Below are positions 11,104 to 23,348 of a DNA stretch of 41,900 bases, one piece after another. Made by a program: the position numbers and the translations under genes. The DNA comes from Nemertoderma westbladi (lineage: Eukaryota; Animalia; Xenacoelomorpha): NCBI GenBank assembly GCA_032718475.1, contig JAUCBJ010003978.1:1-41900 (forward strand). Reading direction: 5' to 3'. Position 1 is the first letter of the stretch; the number at the start of each line of letters is the position of its first letter. Below the pieces are notes generated by a model. That model was not told where the DNA came from. It saw nothing but the letters and a program-made list of their open reading frames with translations, and searched no databases.

Positions 11104-12965
11104 TTCATATGTTCATAGTACTTCATGCAGCATGATAAATGCTGAAAATAACATTTGAAGTTGTTCAGACTCAGAGGGCTTTGCGCAATATGAGAATGCC
11201 GAAAATAGCTGTTGAAACTGTTCAGAGGCCTTCATGCAGCATGATAAATGCTGAAAAGGGCTGTTGAAACTGCTAAAAGGCCTTCATGCAGCATGAAAAA
11301 TACTGAAAAGAGCTGATAAAACTGTTCATAGTCCTTCATGCAGCATGATAAATGCTGAAAATAACATTTGAAGTTGTTCAGACTCAGAGGGCTTTGCGCA
11401 ATATGAGAATGCCGAAAATAGCTGTTGAAACTGTTCAGAAGCCTTCATGCAGCATGATAAATGCTGAAAAGGGCTGTTGAAACTGCTAAAAGGCCTTCAT
11501 GCAGCATGAGAAATACTGAAAAGAGCTGATAAAACTGTTCAGAGTCCTCAAGGCAGCATGATAAATGCTGAAAATAACATTTGAAGTTGTTCAGAGGACT
11601 TCGTGCACTTTGAGAATGCCGAAAATAGCTGTCGAATCTGTTCAGAGGCCTTCGTGCAGCAAGAGAAATGCTGAAAATAGCTGTTGAAACTGTTAAAAGC
11701 CCTCGTGCAGCATGAGAAATACTGAAAAGAGCTCATAAAACTGTTCAGAATCCTTCATGCAGCATGATAAATGCTGAAAAGAAAAGTTGAAATTGTTCCA
11801 GGGGCTTCGTGCACCATGATAAATGTTGGAAATAGCTGTTAGAACTGTTCAGAGACCTTCATGCAGCATGAGAAAGGCTGAAAAGAGGGCTTAGCTTATA
11901 TAATTAATATTTTTTTCAGTATGAACCGATACCGAGTTTCAGATAATTTTTATAGTTGATCCAACGTATCAGATAATATCATTAATTCCAATTATTCTAA
12001 TTCATCATAATATTTTTATAAAAATACTACCCTTAAATAAAATCATATAATGATGATCTATAATGATAATAATGGCTGTTGAAACTGCTAAAAGGCCTTC
12101 ATGCAGCATGAAAAATACTGAAAAGAGCTGATAAAACTGTTCATAGTCCTTCATGCAGCATGATAAATGCTGAAAATAACATTTGAAGTTGTTCAGACTC
12201 AGAGGGCTTTGCGCAATATGAGAATGCCGAAAATAGCTGTTGAAACTGTTCAGAAGCCTTCATGCAGCATGATAAATGCTGAAAAGGGCTGTTGAAACTG
12301 CTAAAAGGCCTTCATGCAGCATGAGAAATACTGAAAAGAGCTGATAAAACTGTTCAGAGTCCTCAAGGCAGCATGATAAATGCTGAAAATAACATTTGAA
12401 GTTGTTCAGAGGACTTCGTGCACTTTGAGAATGCCGAAAATAGCTGTCGAATCTGTTCAGAGGCCTTCATGCAGCAAGAGAAATGCTGAAAATAGCTGTT
12501 GAAACTGTTAAAAGCCCTCGTGCAGCATGAGAAATACTGAAAAGAGCTCATAAAACTGTTCAGAATCCTTCATGCAGCATGATAAATGCTGAAAAGAAAA
12601 GTTGAAATTGTTCCAGGGGCTTCGTGCACCATGATAAATGTTGGAAATAGCTGTTAGAACTGTTCAGAGACCTTCATGCAGCATGAGAAAGGCTGAAAAG
12701 AGGGCTTAGCTTATATAATTAATATTTTTTCAGTATGAACCGATACCGAGTTTCAGATAATTTTTATAGTTGATCCAACGTATCAGATAATATCATTAAT
12801 TCCAATTATTCTAATTCGTCATAATATTTTTATAAAAATACTACCCTTAAATAAAATCATATAATGATGATCTATAATGATAATAATGGCTGATAAAACT
12901 GTTCATAGTCCTTCATACAGCATGATAAATGCTGAAAATAACATTTGAAGTTGTTCAGACTCAGA
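11104..12965. repeat. 52-bp satellite with 213-bp and 815-bp higher-order repeats
   Basis: Monomer ~cttcatgcagcatgataaatgctgaaaatagctgttgaaactgttcagaggc. A 4-mer repeats at 11121/11334. Block ~11260-12074, including a ~190-bp AT-rich spacer, is duplicated at ~12075-12889. Confidence 0.95.
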
Positions 12966-13370
12966 GCACTGCTCAGTGCCAGAGCATTGCTCTGGCACAG
13001 GGCCGAGCAAGTTACTAAAGTCCTTCGTAGCTGCAAAGGTCAAATTTCTTACCGGAAGTAATGAGCGCTCCTCCTTGCTGTGTTCCGCTTTGGAAAGAAG
13101 AGTATCTAAGGTTAGTTTTACTCTCGTCACTGGGATCGCTCTCTTACCATGCATGCTGCTTACAGTATACTGAGCAGTCTTACCTTGACTCATGTCCGTA
13201 ACCACGTCGGCTACTTGTTCGTCGACATAACTATGCGATGACGCGGAGTCTAAGATAGCGTATATACGCTTGCTCCCTCGGGTTCCGGTAATCTTTATAG
13301 GAATCACGCTAAACCCTTTCAATTGGTTCTGTGTGCGGAGTGTTACCGATGGCTGTTCCTCCCCCGCATG
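12966..13370 (-). pseudogene. BEL/Pao aspartic protease fragment
   Basis: VIPIKITG..RIYAILDSASSHSYVDEQVA (DSG-like active site), on the same strand as and upstream of the integrase fragment. Confidence 0.8.
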
Positions 13371-13401
13371 CTACGTGCATGCGGGGGAGGAACAGCCATC
13401 G
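13347..13401. repeat. Perfect 25-bp inverted repeat with 5-nt loop
   Basis: cgatggctgttcctcccccgcatgc-tacgt-gcatgcgggggaggaacagccatcg. Confidence 0.95.
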
Positions 13402-13775
13402 TCTTCCTCCTCGTCCTCGTCCGATGATCCCGATTGATCCATACAATCTGCGTAGAAAGTACGAATCTCTCGCGGCGCACGCTCCTTGTAAAGCGCGTCG
13501 CATCCCCCATCCCAAATTTACATCCCCCAATTTTGAATATTTCTCACCAAAAAGCATTTAATTATTTTGGTGTTGAATAATTGTTTTTGGTATGACTTTA
13601 ATTGGTAGCCTATTTTTTATATCTTACAAACGTGGTGTTCTTAAATTTATTATTGCTACTATCAATTAATTAAAAAGTACAATAGTGTAAGTACTGTATG
13701 TAAATGATTAGTTAAGGTTTTCTATATTTTTTAATTAGCAAATTTTATTATCAATTTGAATATTAAAATGCCTAC

Positions 13776-14973
13776 CCCTTGTTGATGTCTATTCAGAAAC
13801 ATCGCGGTAAAATACCGCGATGAAAATGGGTGGGGCTCCACCTTCTTATTCTCCGCATCCGAAATCGCTGGCAGGCGGATGTCCCCTTCGATCACCCATG
13901 TCTTCTTCAACCCCTGCCGGTAGCAAGGGCAGGCCGCCCCTTTTAATCCTCGGCACAAGTTGCCCCCACACACCTTCTTCAATATCATCTAAAAAATACA
14001 ATATTTATAAATGAGATTTATTATTATTCATTATTTATTTTGATTATGTATATTGCTTATTGTTTAGGAAAGTCATTACTTTTTTTTTAATAAAAGCAAT
14101 TCTGCTTAATTTGGTTATAAAAATATATGTAATAGAAATTGACAAACTTATCTACTACAATATTTATTATTATTAATCTTTATTTACAAATACGAAATAA
14201 TATTAACAACAACACAAACCCCGGATAAAGTCAGTCTTGCGATTTCAAGGCAGAAACCCGCCAGTTCTGCAGATTTACTTATTTCATTCAACCGAGAGGG
14301 ACGCTCAGGGTAAATGGGGGCGTCCCTTAGATGTATCGGACTAAGCCGGGATACTACCGCGGGAAGATGTGTTGTCTCCCCCCCACGGTACCCCGGCTCA
14401 AGGATGGCGATGAATGTACCCACGCCGATCCCGTTCTCGAAGAACCTCTCTGAATCAGCGTGGGTCGGGAATAGCATACTAAACGTCTCATTAGAACACA
14501 TATCGCTAAAAATAATTATTAAAATATAATATTATGATGTAGTTAGTGTAAATTTAACTTTAGCAGGTAACCATATTTGTATTTTTAATAGGATTTAGTT
14601 TGAACAACACCAAATTAGTAATATAATGTATTAATATACATAAATTAAATTGATGATTGTTTTTTAATTCATGTTATTTTTGGTAGTAATGTCACATATT
14701 GCGAATATTGAAAAAAATATTAACATTAGTATCAGTAATAATAGTAATAATTTTTACTTACAGTAGGAAGGCCAGAGTATGGTATGAAGACGCCCTGGCC
14801 TTCTTCGCTGGCGACTGAGAAATTAGTGCCAGTTTATTTTTCTTTGCTGCACAGGTTACACTCATAATCATTGCCGCGATATGGTGGCCCTCCATGACCG
14901 GCGAGTTGTCTATGACGTCAGCAAGTGTCGCCCGCCGAGCGAATCGACCATGTACAATACCGTACTTCTCCAT
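13776..14973 (-). CDS. Spliced gene of unknown function (exons 14973-14762, 14505-14220, 13988-13776; ends unresolved)
   Basis: Three GC-richer stop-free blocks separated by AT-rich introns. Junctions CT|GTAAGT...TTTTAG|C (phase 2) and GGG|GTTTGT...TTTTAG|ATG (phase 0) both keep frame, giving ~237 aa with CGGNLC..CPC. A further acceptor lies at 14974-14975 and a donor at 13775. Confidence 0.75.
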
Positions 14974-15137
14974 CTAAAATGATAAAACATAGTTTATTAG
15001 TTATGGGGGCGTTCATAAAGTATGTTGAAAACATTCAGTCCGCCGATTTTAGGGCATTCATTGTAATATAGGAAATATAGGTTTTCTTTTTGGAGTTATT
15101 ACAGCCCTGGTGACTAAATGAGAAAACAAACAGGTTC

Positions 15138-15180
15138 TTTATTATCAATTAATTTCTGCCACTAGGGCCATCTTCAGGAT
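15138..15180 (-). ncRNA. Possible degenerate Penelope-type hammerhead remnant
   Basis: Minus strand reads CUGAAGA-uggcc-cuagu-ggca-GAAA followed by AAUAAA. Stems are imperfect. Confidence 0.35.
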
Positions 15181-16397
15181 ATAAATCAAACAAAACAGAC
15201 GGAAACCACACTGACTACATACAGTTGCTTATATTTACTTACATGTTACAATAAAAAAATACAAAAATAGGCCTAGGTAAGTAACAAAAAACCCGTAACC
15301 GTAACCAACTACACCACAGTGGTCATGTAGTACTGGTCTAGGTACCGGACCGGTACAGGACCCCGGGGTGGGGTGCTGCCCAATGGTCCCCTCCCTTGTA
15401 ACTACGCGTAGTTTGTAGTTTTTAGGGCCTATCCTTCTTTATATTACATATACGTGACAGCAAATTGCCTAAACAGATCCATTCAAAACAATAGTAGCAA
15501 ATAAACAACATTAAACAAACGTGCACCTTTATTAATGACACCCCAGGGAAAGAGACCCAAACACCTATACAGTATGTATTATTTCGTTATCAGTTCTATA
15601 ACGTGTAATCCTAAACTAAAGAAATTATACTTATGCTGGCTGGTTATACCCAACACGTTCGTGGGGGCTATAGTAAATGAGCGTATTTCTAATGTACAAA
15701 AATACACAATAGGGCCTACAACCTGTGCGTAGTACAAGCCGCACCATAGTTACTAAATGTGACAACCTACGTATTATATCCGTAAAGATTTCCAAAATCG
15801 ATTCCCACATTTAATAGTATTGGCACCAAATAAAAGAAAAATATAAGTATGTAAAATGAAGCATTCTTTACACTCATTGAGGAGCAAAACAACATAAAAT
15901 AAATTAAATATCCCCTACGAATTTTTATATAATATGTTTAAAGAACTTAAACTGAAACCTTTAAAACTAAATTCTAATAGAAATATTTACAATACATAAA
16001 AATACATAGCAATATACAGTAAATAACTGAACCAGGAAGTATAATATCCGCACAAATTCCCTGCTTTCGGGTATTGAAGTTGAAAAATAGTTCACAAAAG
16101 ATGGCCGCCCAGGAATGTAATCGTTGTCTCCTTACAAATTTAATTGTGATTAATATACTTCGAAAATACCAAACGCAGGTTAAAACAATCTTTGCTTAAA
16201 CGCAAAATATAGTAAACGACCGTATTTTTACTGTACTTAGGCGACTTTAGGGCCTAAACAATCTGTACGTAGTACATGCTGCACAGATTTATAAATGTGA
16301 CGTTTACCTACGCATTACACTATCTTTTACATCAAGTACTGTTCCACCGCATCCTCTTTATATTAACATATTAAATATTTTATATATAATTAAGCAT

Positions 16398-16805
16398 ATA
16401 AGCATATCCCAGTACCAGTAGCCCTATACCGCTAATTATATTGGTTGTCACTGCGTTGTTTTGTACCGGTACTGCAGTACCCTTTGCGGCCCCTATAGTC
16501 TGTCATCATGAATGTACGGTACAGTGTTAGGTAGATACACTTGCTGTCATAAATAAGCATATCCCAGTACCAGTAGCCAGTAGGCCTATACCGCTAATTA
16601 TATTGGTTGTCACTGCATTGTTTTGTACCGGTACTGCAGTACCCTTTGTGGCCCTTATCGTCTGTCATCATGTATGTACGGTAGGTAGATACACCTGCTG
16701 TCATAAATAAGCATATCCCAGTACCGGTAGCCAGTAGGCATATACCGCTAATTATATTGGTTGTCACTGCGTTGTTTTGTGCTGGTACTGCAGTACCCTT
16801 TGCAG
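16398..16805. repeat. ~155-bp tandem triplication upstream of piggyBac #3 ATG
   Basis: ataagcatatcccagtacc...ctaattatattggttgtcactgc.ttgttttgt...gtactgcagtaccctttg at ~16398, ~16553 and ~16707. Confidence 0.9.
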
Positions 16806-16807
16806 CA

Positions 16808-17990
16808 ATGGATAAACCTGCAAAAAGCGCTAGGAAGAAATATTTTTGTCTCCGTGATTATGACGATGCTTTTGCTTTATTGGACCAAGTTGAAAGTGAC
16901 ACCGAAAGCTTTATTGATAACTTGATGAATGACTCAGACACTGAGTTTGTAGTGGAGAATGATCCTGGAATAAATCTAGGCCTACCGGTAGGGGTAAATG
17001 ATGAGATTTATAACATTAGTCCTAATGAAGTCGAAGTACTGGTACCGGTAAATCCCATAGGTATATTTCCTGAGGCGAACATTCATGTCGTTGTTCCTGA
17101 TCCTGATGTACCGGTAGTCGTACAACTGGATGTTTCTACCAGTAGCTCGGAATGTTTAAAGGATAAACGTAAACCGGAACGGAAGTGGGTCTGGAAGAAA
17201 AAAAGAATCCCTCTAAAAGTCAAACATGCTTATATGGTGAAGATGACGATGTGCTTCTGGATTTTGAGGACAATTGTACTCCCGTGGAGGTATTTTCTAA
17301 TCTGCTAAGTTGGATAAACTTATTGAGTTGTTGGTCTGTGAAAGCAGGAAATATGCCGAACAATCAGGTCGAGTTTTTGAGATCAGTGCTGATGAAATGC
17401 GCACATTTATTGGAGTAAATTATATAATGTCAATATAAATAAGTTACCATCACTCAGGGATTACTGGTCCACAGATGAGTTTATTGGCAATAGTGGAATT
17501 AATAAAACAATGACACGCCCCAGATTTGAGGAAATACTTGCAAATTTGCAATTTGCTGATAACCTCATGTGTGAATTGGATGAAGATGGTAAAATGGTGG
17601 ACCGGGGATATAAGATCCGACCCATCCTGGACCATGTAAACAACGCATTCGCCTGTGCCTTGTCTGGATGTTCTTCACAGTCAGTAGATGAACATATGGT
17701 TAAATTCAAGGGCCACTCGGCGATGAAACAATACATAAAGAACAAACCCATTAAATGGGGGTTCAAGTGTTGGCTACGTTCTGGCAGCAGGTCTGGGTAC
17801 ACATATGAAGTCCATCTTTACTTAGGTAAAAAATTGCTTCCTGATTATTTGTTAGGAGGAGTGGTCTTAAAATTAACAGAAAATATTCGAAATTCATTCA
17901 CTAGAGTTTACTTCGACAACTTTTTTACTTCTGTTAACCTGGTTCAAACGCTATACGACAATGGAATATATTCCCTTGGAACTGTACGGT
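16808..17990 (+). pseudogene. piggyBac transposase #3, frameshifted and 3'-truncated
   Basis: Acidic N-terminus (ALLDQVESD..IDNLMNDSDTEF), MTRPRF, LQFADN, SVDEHM, KPIKWGFK, YFDNFFTS, GTVR. The third catalytic Asp and the Cys-rich domain are absent. Frameshifts near 17210, 17305 and 17440. Confidence 0.92.
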
Positions 17991-19120
17991 ACTTTTATAT
18001 GTAACTCATTTCATAATACGTGCCAGAATAGATTTGGACAGTTCGGTACTTTTATATGTAACTCATTTCATAATACGTGCCAGAATAGATTTGTACAGTT
18101 CGGTACTTATATATGCAACTCATTTCATAATACGTGCCGGAATAGATTTGGACAGTTCGGTACTTTTATATGTACTCATTTCATAATATGTACGGAATAG
18201 ATTTGGACAGTTCAGTACTTTTATATCTAACTCATTTCATAATACGTGCCGGAATAGATTTGGACAGTTCGGTACTTATATATGCAACTCATTTCATAAT
18301 ACGTGCGGAATAGATTTGGACAGTTCGGTACTTTTATATGTAACTCATTTCATAATACGTGCCGGAATAGATTTGGACAGTTCGGTACTTATATATGCAA
18401 CTCATTTCATAATTTGTGCTGGAATAGATTTGGACAGTTCGGTACTTTTATATGTAACTCATTTCATAATACGTGCGGAATAGATTTGGACAGTTCAGTA
18501 CTTTTATATCTAACTCATTTCATAATACGTGCCGGAATAGATTTGGACAGTTCGGTACTTATATATGCAACTCATTTCATAATACGGCGTGCCAGAATAG
18601 ATTTGGACAGTTCGGTACTTTTATATGTAACTCATTTCATAATACGTGTTGGAATAGATTTGGACAGTTCGGTACTTTTATATGCAACTCATTTCATAAT
18701 ACGTGCCGGAATAGATTTGGACAGTTCGGTACTTTTATATGTAACTCATTTCATAATACGTGCGGAATAGATTTGGACAGTTCGGTACTTATATATGCAA
18801 CTCATTTCATAATATGTGCCGGAATAGATTTGGACAGTTCGGTACTTTTATTTGTAACTCATTTCATAATATGTCTGTAATAGATTTGGACAGTTCGGTA
18901 CTTATAAATGCAACTTAATTCCTATATAATACGTGCCAGAATAGATTTGGACAGTTTGTTACTTTTATATGTAACTCATTTCATAATACGTGCGGGAATA
19001 GATTTGCACAGTTCGGTACTTTTATATGTAACTCATTTCATAATACGTGCCGGAATAGATTTGGACAGTTCGGTACTTTTATATGTAACTAATTTCATAA
19101 TACGTGCCGGAATAGATTTG
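17989..19120. repeat. 57-bp minisatellite, ~20 copies
   Basis: Unit gtacttttatatgtaactcatttcataatacgtgccggaatagatttggacagttcg. Confidence 0.97.
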
Positions 19121-19212
19121 AAACTTCTGTCCTTTTTGCTACTCTCTATCCATGATCCTAGGTACTGGAAGTCGTCAACCTTCCTTAGTTGATTATTATC
19201 AATGGAATGTTT
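19121..19212 (-). pseudogene. Non-LTR (RTE-like) RT C-terminal fragment
   Basis: IDNNQLRKVDDFQYLGSWIESSKKD matches the L..V..F.YLGS motif. Confidence 0.7.
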
Positions 19213-19254
19213 GTAAAGTTTCAATCAACATTAAAAGTCATGAAATCCCGCAAG

Positions 19255-19400
19255 TAACAACTGCCGTTATTCTCCCCAAGCACGCTCTACCAACCGCTGT
19301 TATTCTCCCTGAGCACGCACTACCAACCAACATTATTCTCCCCGAGCACGTTCTAACAACCACCCTGATTCTCCTTGAGAGTGCTCTAACAACTGCCAAG
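19255..19400. repeat. 33-bp diverged tandem repeat, ~4.5 copies
   Basis: caaccgctgttattctccctgagcacgcactac-like units. Confidence 0.8.
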
Positions 19401-19994
19401 CGACTAATTGGGTTAATCAATTATCTATTATTATTACCGATCGTGGGGGCGGCCCTATAGCGTCACAATGGGCTGGATCCGTACGCGGGTTCAGTTGGCC
19501 ATTATTAGAGGGGCCACCCACTGTCTGCGGGGCTCCCGCACCAAGTGGAGAAGCGCTCGGGGGCCGGATGATGGCGCAGGGCTGCCAGAAAGCTGGCAAC
19601 CGGTGTAGTACTGTGGTACAATGTAGGTGTAAAATAATATATAAACATAAAAACAATCAATTCAATTTATATTTACTGTGTTTGGTGGTGGTGCAGTTTT
19701 AACTGTTTGTTGTTTAAGTTTTTAAATTTCCCGCGTTTATATTATTTTAATACTGATGTGATGATCTTCCAATCTAACTTAATATACTGTATTGGATTAC
19801 CAAAAAAAAATTATCTATTATTACTGAGTATAATTACCAACCTACGGCTATAATAAACAATGTAGAGGGAGTCAGAGTGGTGAACTTTGTAAAGTGTGAA
19901 GTGTAGTGAGTTGCTCAGTGTGAGTGTTGCTTCAACTAAACTCTACATTTACCATTATGTCACAGATCTATTTTTGGAACGAAATTAAAAAGGA

Positions 19995-22900
19995 AAATAT
20001 TTGGATTGCAACATTTCCTTCATCGTTCGGAAGCCCAAAGTTGCATACCACCATGCTCATTCCGCCAGTCCTCATCGCGACGACATCCGATCAGAGGCGA
20101 TAATAATGGAGATTCGGGATCGGTTAACGCAGTCCACATTTCGGCGTCGCCTGTAGGTCAGTTCCTAGTAGATTCTGGTAGTGACTTCTCCATACTTCCC
20201 CAGATGTATGGGAAATATTTAAGCGATAAGCGGCCTTCAATGAATATAAATTTAACAGCCGCAAATTTGTCTAAAATCCCAACTTTTGGGGAAGGTTTAT
20301 TGCGTTTTGAGTTGCCATGTTTAGGCAATAAAGAGTTCTCTTGGCGGTTTATTTTAGCAGAAGTTAGCCAACCTATTTTGGGTCTTGATTTTTTGCAAGC
20401 CCATAATATTAGTATCGATTGTAGATCCAAACAAATTTATGTGCAAGTAACTTCAGATAACGGTGTACAAAGTAGTAGTATCAATTCTATATCCAATTCT
20501 CAATGTTCAGCAGACAATTTCTGGTTTGAAACTGTCTTTAAATTAGGCAGTAAAACATTGGTTTTGTGTTTATTGACAGTATTATCCATATTGTTGAATT
20601 GTTTAACTAAACCCATATTTTCACGCGGTTTATTTGGTGTATGTTTCATATTATTAATGTTCAATGTGTTTGGTGTAGCACACGCAGTCTCCCATACAGT
20701 AGCTAACGGTATTTCTTCCGGTACCACAAACCTTACCTCGTCAATCGGTTTCCCACCCATGCAAAGTGGTAATATCTTATTGGTAAATGATAAAAACCGG
20801 TTAAATTCTTTGCTGGAACAGTACAGTATGGTATTTAAGGATAAACTAGCTAGTGAACCAGTGAGGCATTCGGTAGAGCACCACATTCAAACTAACTACA
20901 GGCCCTCCATGTTTTTCTCGTCCCCGTCGTTTATTTGGCAAAAAGTTAGTAGCTGCACAGGATGAGTTTGATTGGTTACTGAAACAGGGTGTAATATCTC
21001 GTGCAGAGTCGCCTTGGTCTACTCCATTGCATATAGCAGACAAACCAGGTGGAGGACATAGACCTTGTGGAGATTACCGTGCACTAAATAAACAGACCAT
21101 ACCAGACACATATCCGATGCCAAATATTGCTGACATTGCAAATCGTTTTAATGGATGTAAATTTTTTAGTAAAATAGACCTAAAGAAAGCTTTTCACCAA
21201 ATACCCGTGGCAGAGGACGATATTGTCAAAACATCCATAGTGACACCGTTTGGACTTTTTAAATTTAATAGAATGCCTTTCGGTTTACGAAATGCGAGTC
21301 AAACCTTTCAGAGATTGATTGACATGACGTTAAGTGATTTGCCGTGCGCTGTAGGATACGTCGATGATGTGTTAATCGGTAGTCCCAATGAGGAACAGCA
21401 CTATCGAGATCTGAAGTGCATCTTGGAGCGTTTAAAGGCAAAGGGATTAACAGCCAATAAAAGTAAATGTGCATTTCTGGTTTCTGAAGTGAAATTTTTA
21501 GGATATTTCATTTCGAATGATGGTATAAAACCAAACCCTGGTAAGCTAGAAGCTATTGACAAGTTTAACAAACCTGACAGCGTGTATTCTTTACGGAGAT
21601 TTCTCGGTATGTGTGGTTTTTATCACCGATTTGTGCCTAATTTCTCTAAGATTGCAGCACCCCTTACAGACCTCACTCGAAACAAAAAGAAGAAAGATTC
21701 TTTAGAGTGGAATGAATCTGCAAATAATTCATTTATTGAAATGAAATCAGCATAAAAAGCAGCAGAAACTTTATCATTTCCAGTTCCCAATGCTAAACTT
21801 TCGTTAACCACAGATGCATCTAATGTTGCATTGGGCGCTGTAGTGCATCAAGAAGTTGATAATAATCTAGAACCACTGTGTTTCTATTCACGAAAACTAA
21901 CATCTAGCGAGAGTAAAAATTCTGCCTTCGATAAGGAATTATTAGCTATTTATTCGGCGTTAAAGCACCATGAATGGCTTTTAGGTCAGGAGCTCACGAT
22001 TTATACGGATCACAAACCCCTGCTAAGGTGTCTAGAAATGAAAAATCCCACACCGCAACAGGCTCGCTGGATATCCTATATATAGGAATTTAACGCACAG
22101 ATAGAACACGTAGCTGGTGCAGAAAACATTGTAGCCGATGCACTGTCAAGGACATGTTCAGTTATTAACTTTGATAATGAAACTTATGTGGAGTTGGCAA
22201 AGGCACAGTTGGTTGATGAAAAGTTACAAAAATTCTTCACTCAAACAACTATCCCTTTGAAATGCATTGTTCAAGTATGAGACCATATTTACCTGAAAAA
22301 TTTCGAAAGCAATTATTCCATAAATTTCACGATTTATCCCATCCCGGATTTAGAGCATCATTGAAATTAATTGCCGAACGATACATTTGGCCGAGTATGA
22401 ACAAGGATGTGAAAGAATGGTCTCGAAATTGCCAAAATTGTCAAATTTCAAAAACGACACTACATACGAAAACACCGATTGGAAGCATTCCAACCGATGG
22501 CCGATTTGAAACAGTACATATTGATTTAGTCGGTCCGTTGCCACCATCCTGTGGTTATCGGTATTTGCTGACAATAATTGACCGTTTTACTAGATGGCCA
22601 GAGGTGGTGCCCATTAGGGATATAACAACAGATTCAGTAGCAAAAGGATTTCTTTTCCATTGGATTAGTCGATTAGCGGATAGTTACGGATAGAGGGTCA
22701 CAGTTTGAGTCAGGACTGTGGAGTAGTTTGATGAAAGAATTGGGAATAAAACGGCGTCGGACTACTGCATATCACCCTGCATGTAATGGAGCCATAGAGA
22801 GGTTCCACAGACAGCTAAAGGCTTCCTTAAGGGCAAAGTGTAACTCATCTGGCTGGTTCAATGAACTGCCGTTAGTATTGTTAGGATTGCGCTCTGTAAC

Positions 22901-23348
22901 CGGAATTCATAAATATTCTCCTGCTCAGTTAACATATGGAGCTGAGTTGTGTTTACCTGGAAGATTTTTTGAAGAAACTTCAGGGAATAATTCCCCGGAT
23001 ATTCCTAATTTTGTTGATAGGTTGTTCCGAAAAATGGATTCTTTTTCTCCACCAATCAGGAAACATTCTGGAAAGGACCATATTCCGAGCCAATTAAAAA
23101 ACTCGTCGCATGTATGGATAAAAGATGCTATCAAAAGGTCATCACTTGCACCTTTGTACATGGGGCCTTATAAGGTTGTTTCGATGACTGACAAAACCGT
23201 GACAGTATTGCGTCATAACGTGGAACAAGTCATCTCTCTGGATAGAGTAAAGCCCGCGTGTATTTCTGGGGAAAATTTAAGTGTGTTAATCAAACCCATG
23301 AAACGTGTGCGATTTAATTTACTAATAAACGTGTTTGAAAAACGTTAA
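19995..23348 (+). pseudogene. Ty3/Gypsy gag tail plus pol (PR-RT-RH-IN), disrupted and 5'-truncated
   Basis: Gag end AQSCIPPCSF. Protease FLVDSGS..ILGLDFL. RT RPCGDYRALN, KIDLKKAFHQ, MPFGL, YVDD. RNase H TTDAS, YTDHKPL. Integrase H..SH..C..C, HIDLVGP, NGAIER, GPY. Stops at 21753 and 22083 plus several frameshifts. Confidence 0.95.

Noticed and set aside
11548-12551. Duplicated 62-aa ORFs
   Set aside because: Products of the 815-bp satellite duplication.
16030-16110. Promoter (ETS-like caggaagt, YY1-like aagatggccgcc)
   Set aside because: Short motifs with no transcript evidence that cannot be tied to a gene.
17989-19120. CRISPR-like array, or Cys/His-rich repeat proteins in the ORF track
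   Set aside because: The units are contiguous with no unique spacers and there are no cas genes. The ORFs arise because 57 is a multiple of 3, and frames shift at indels.
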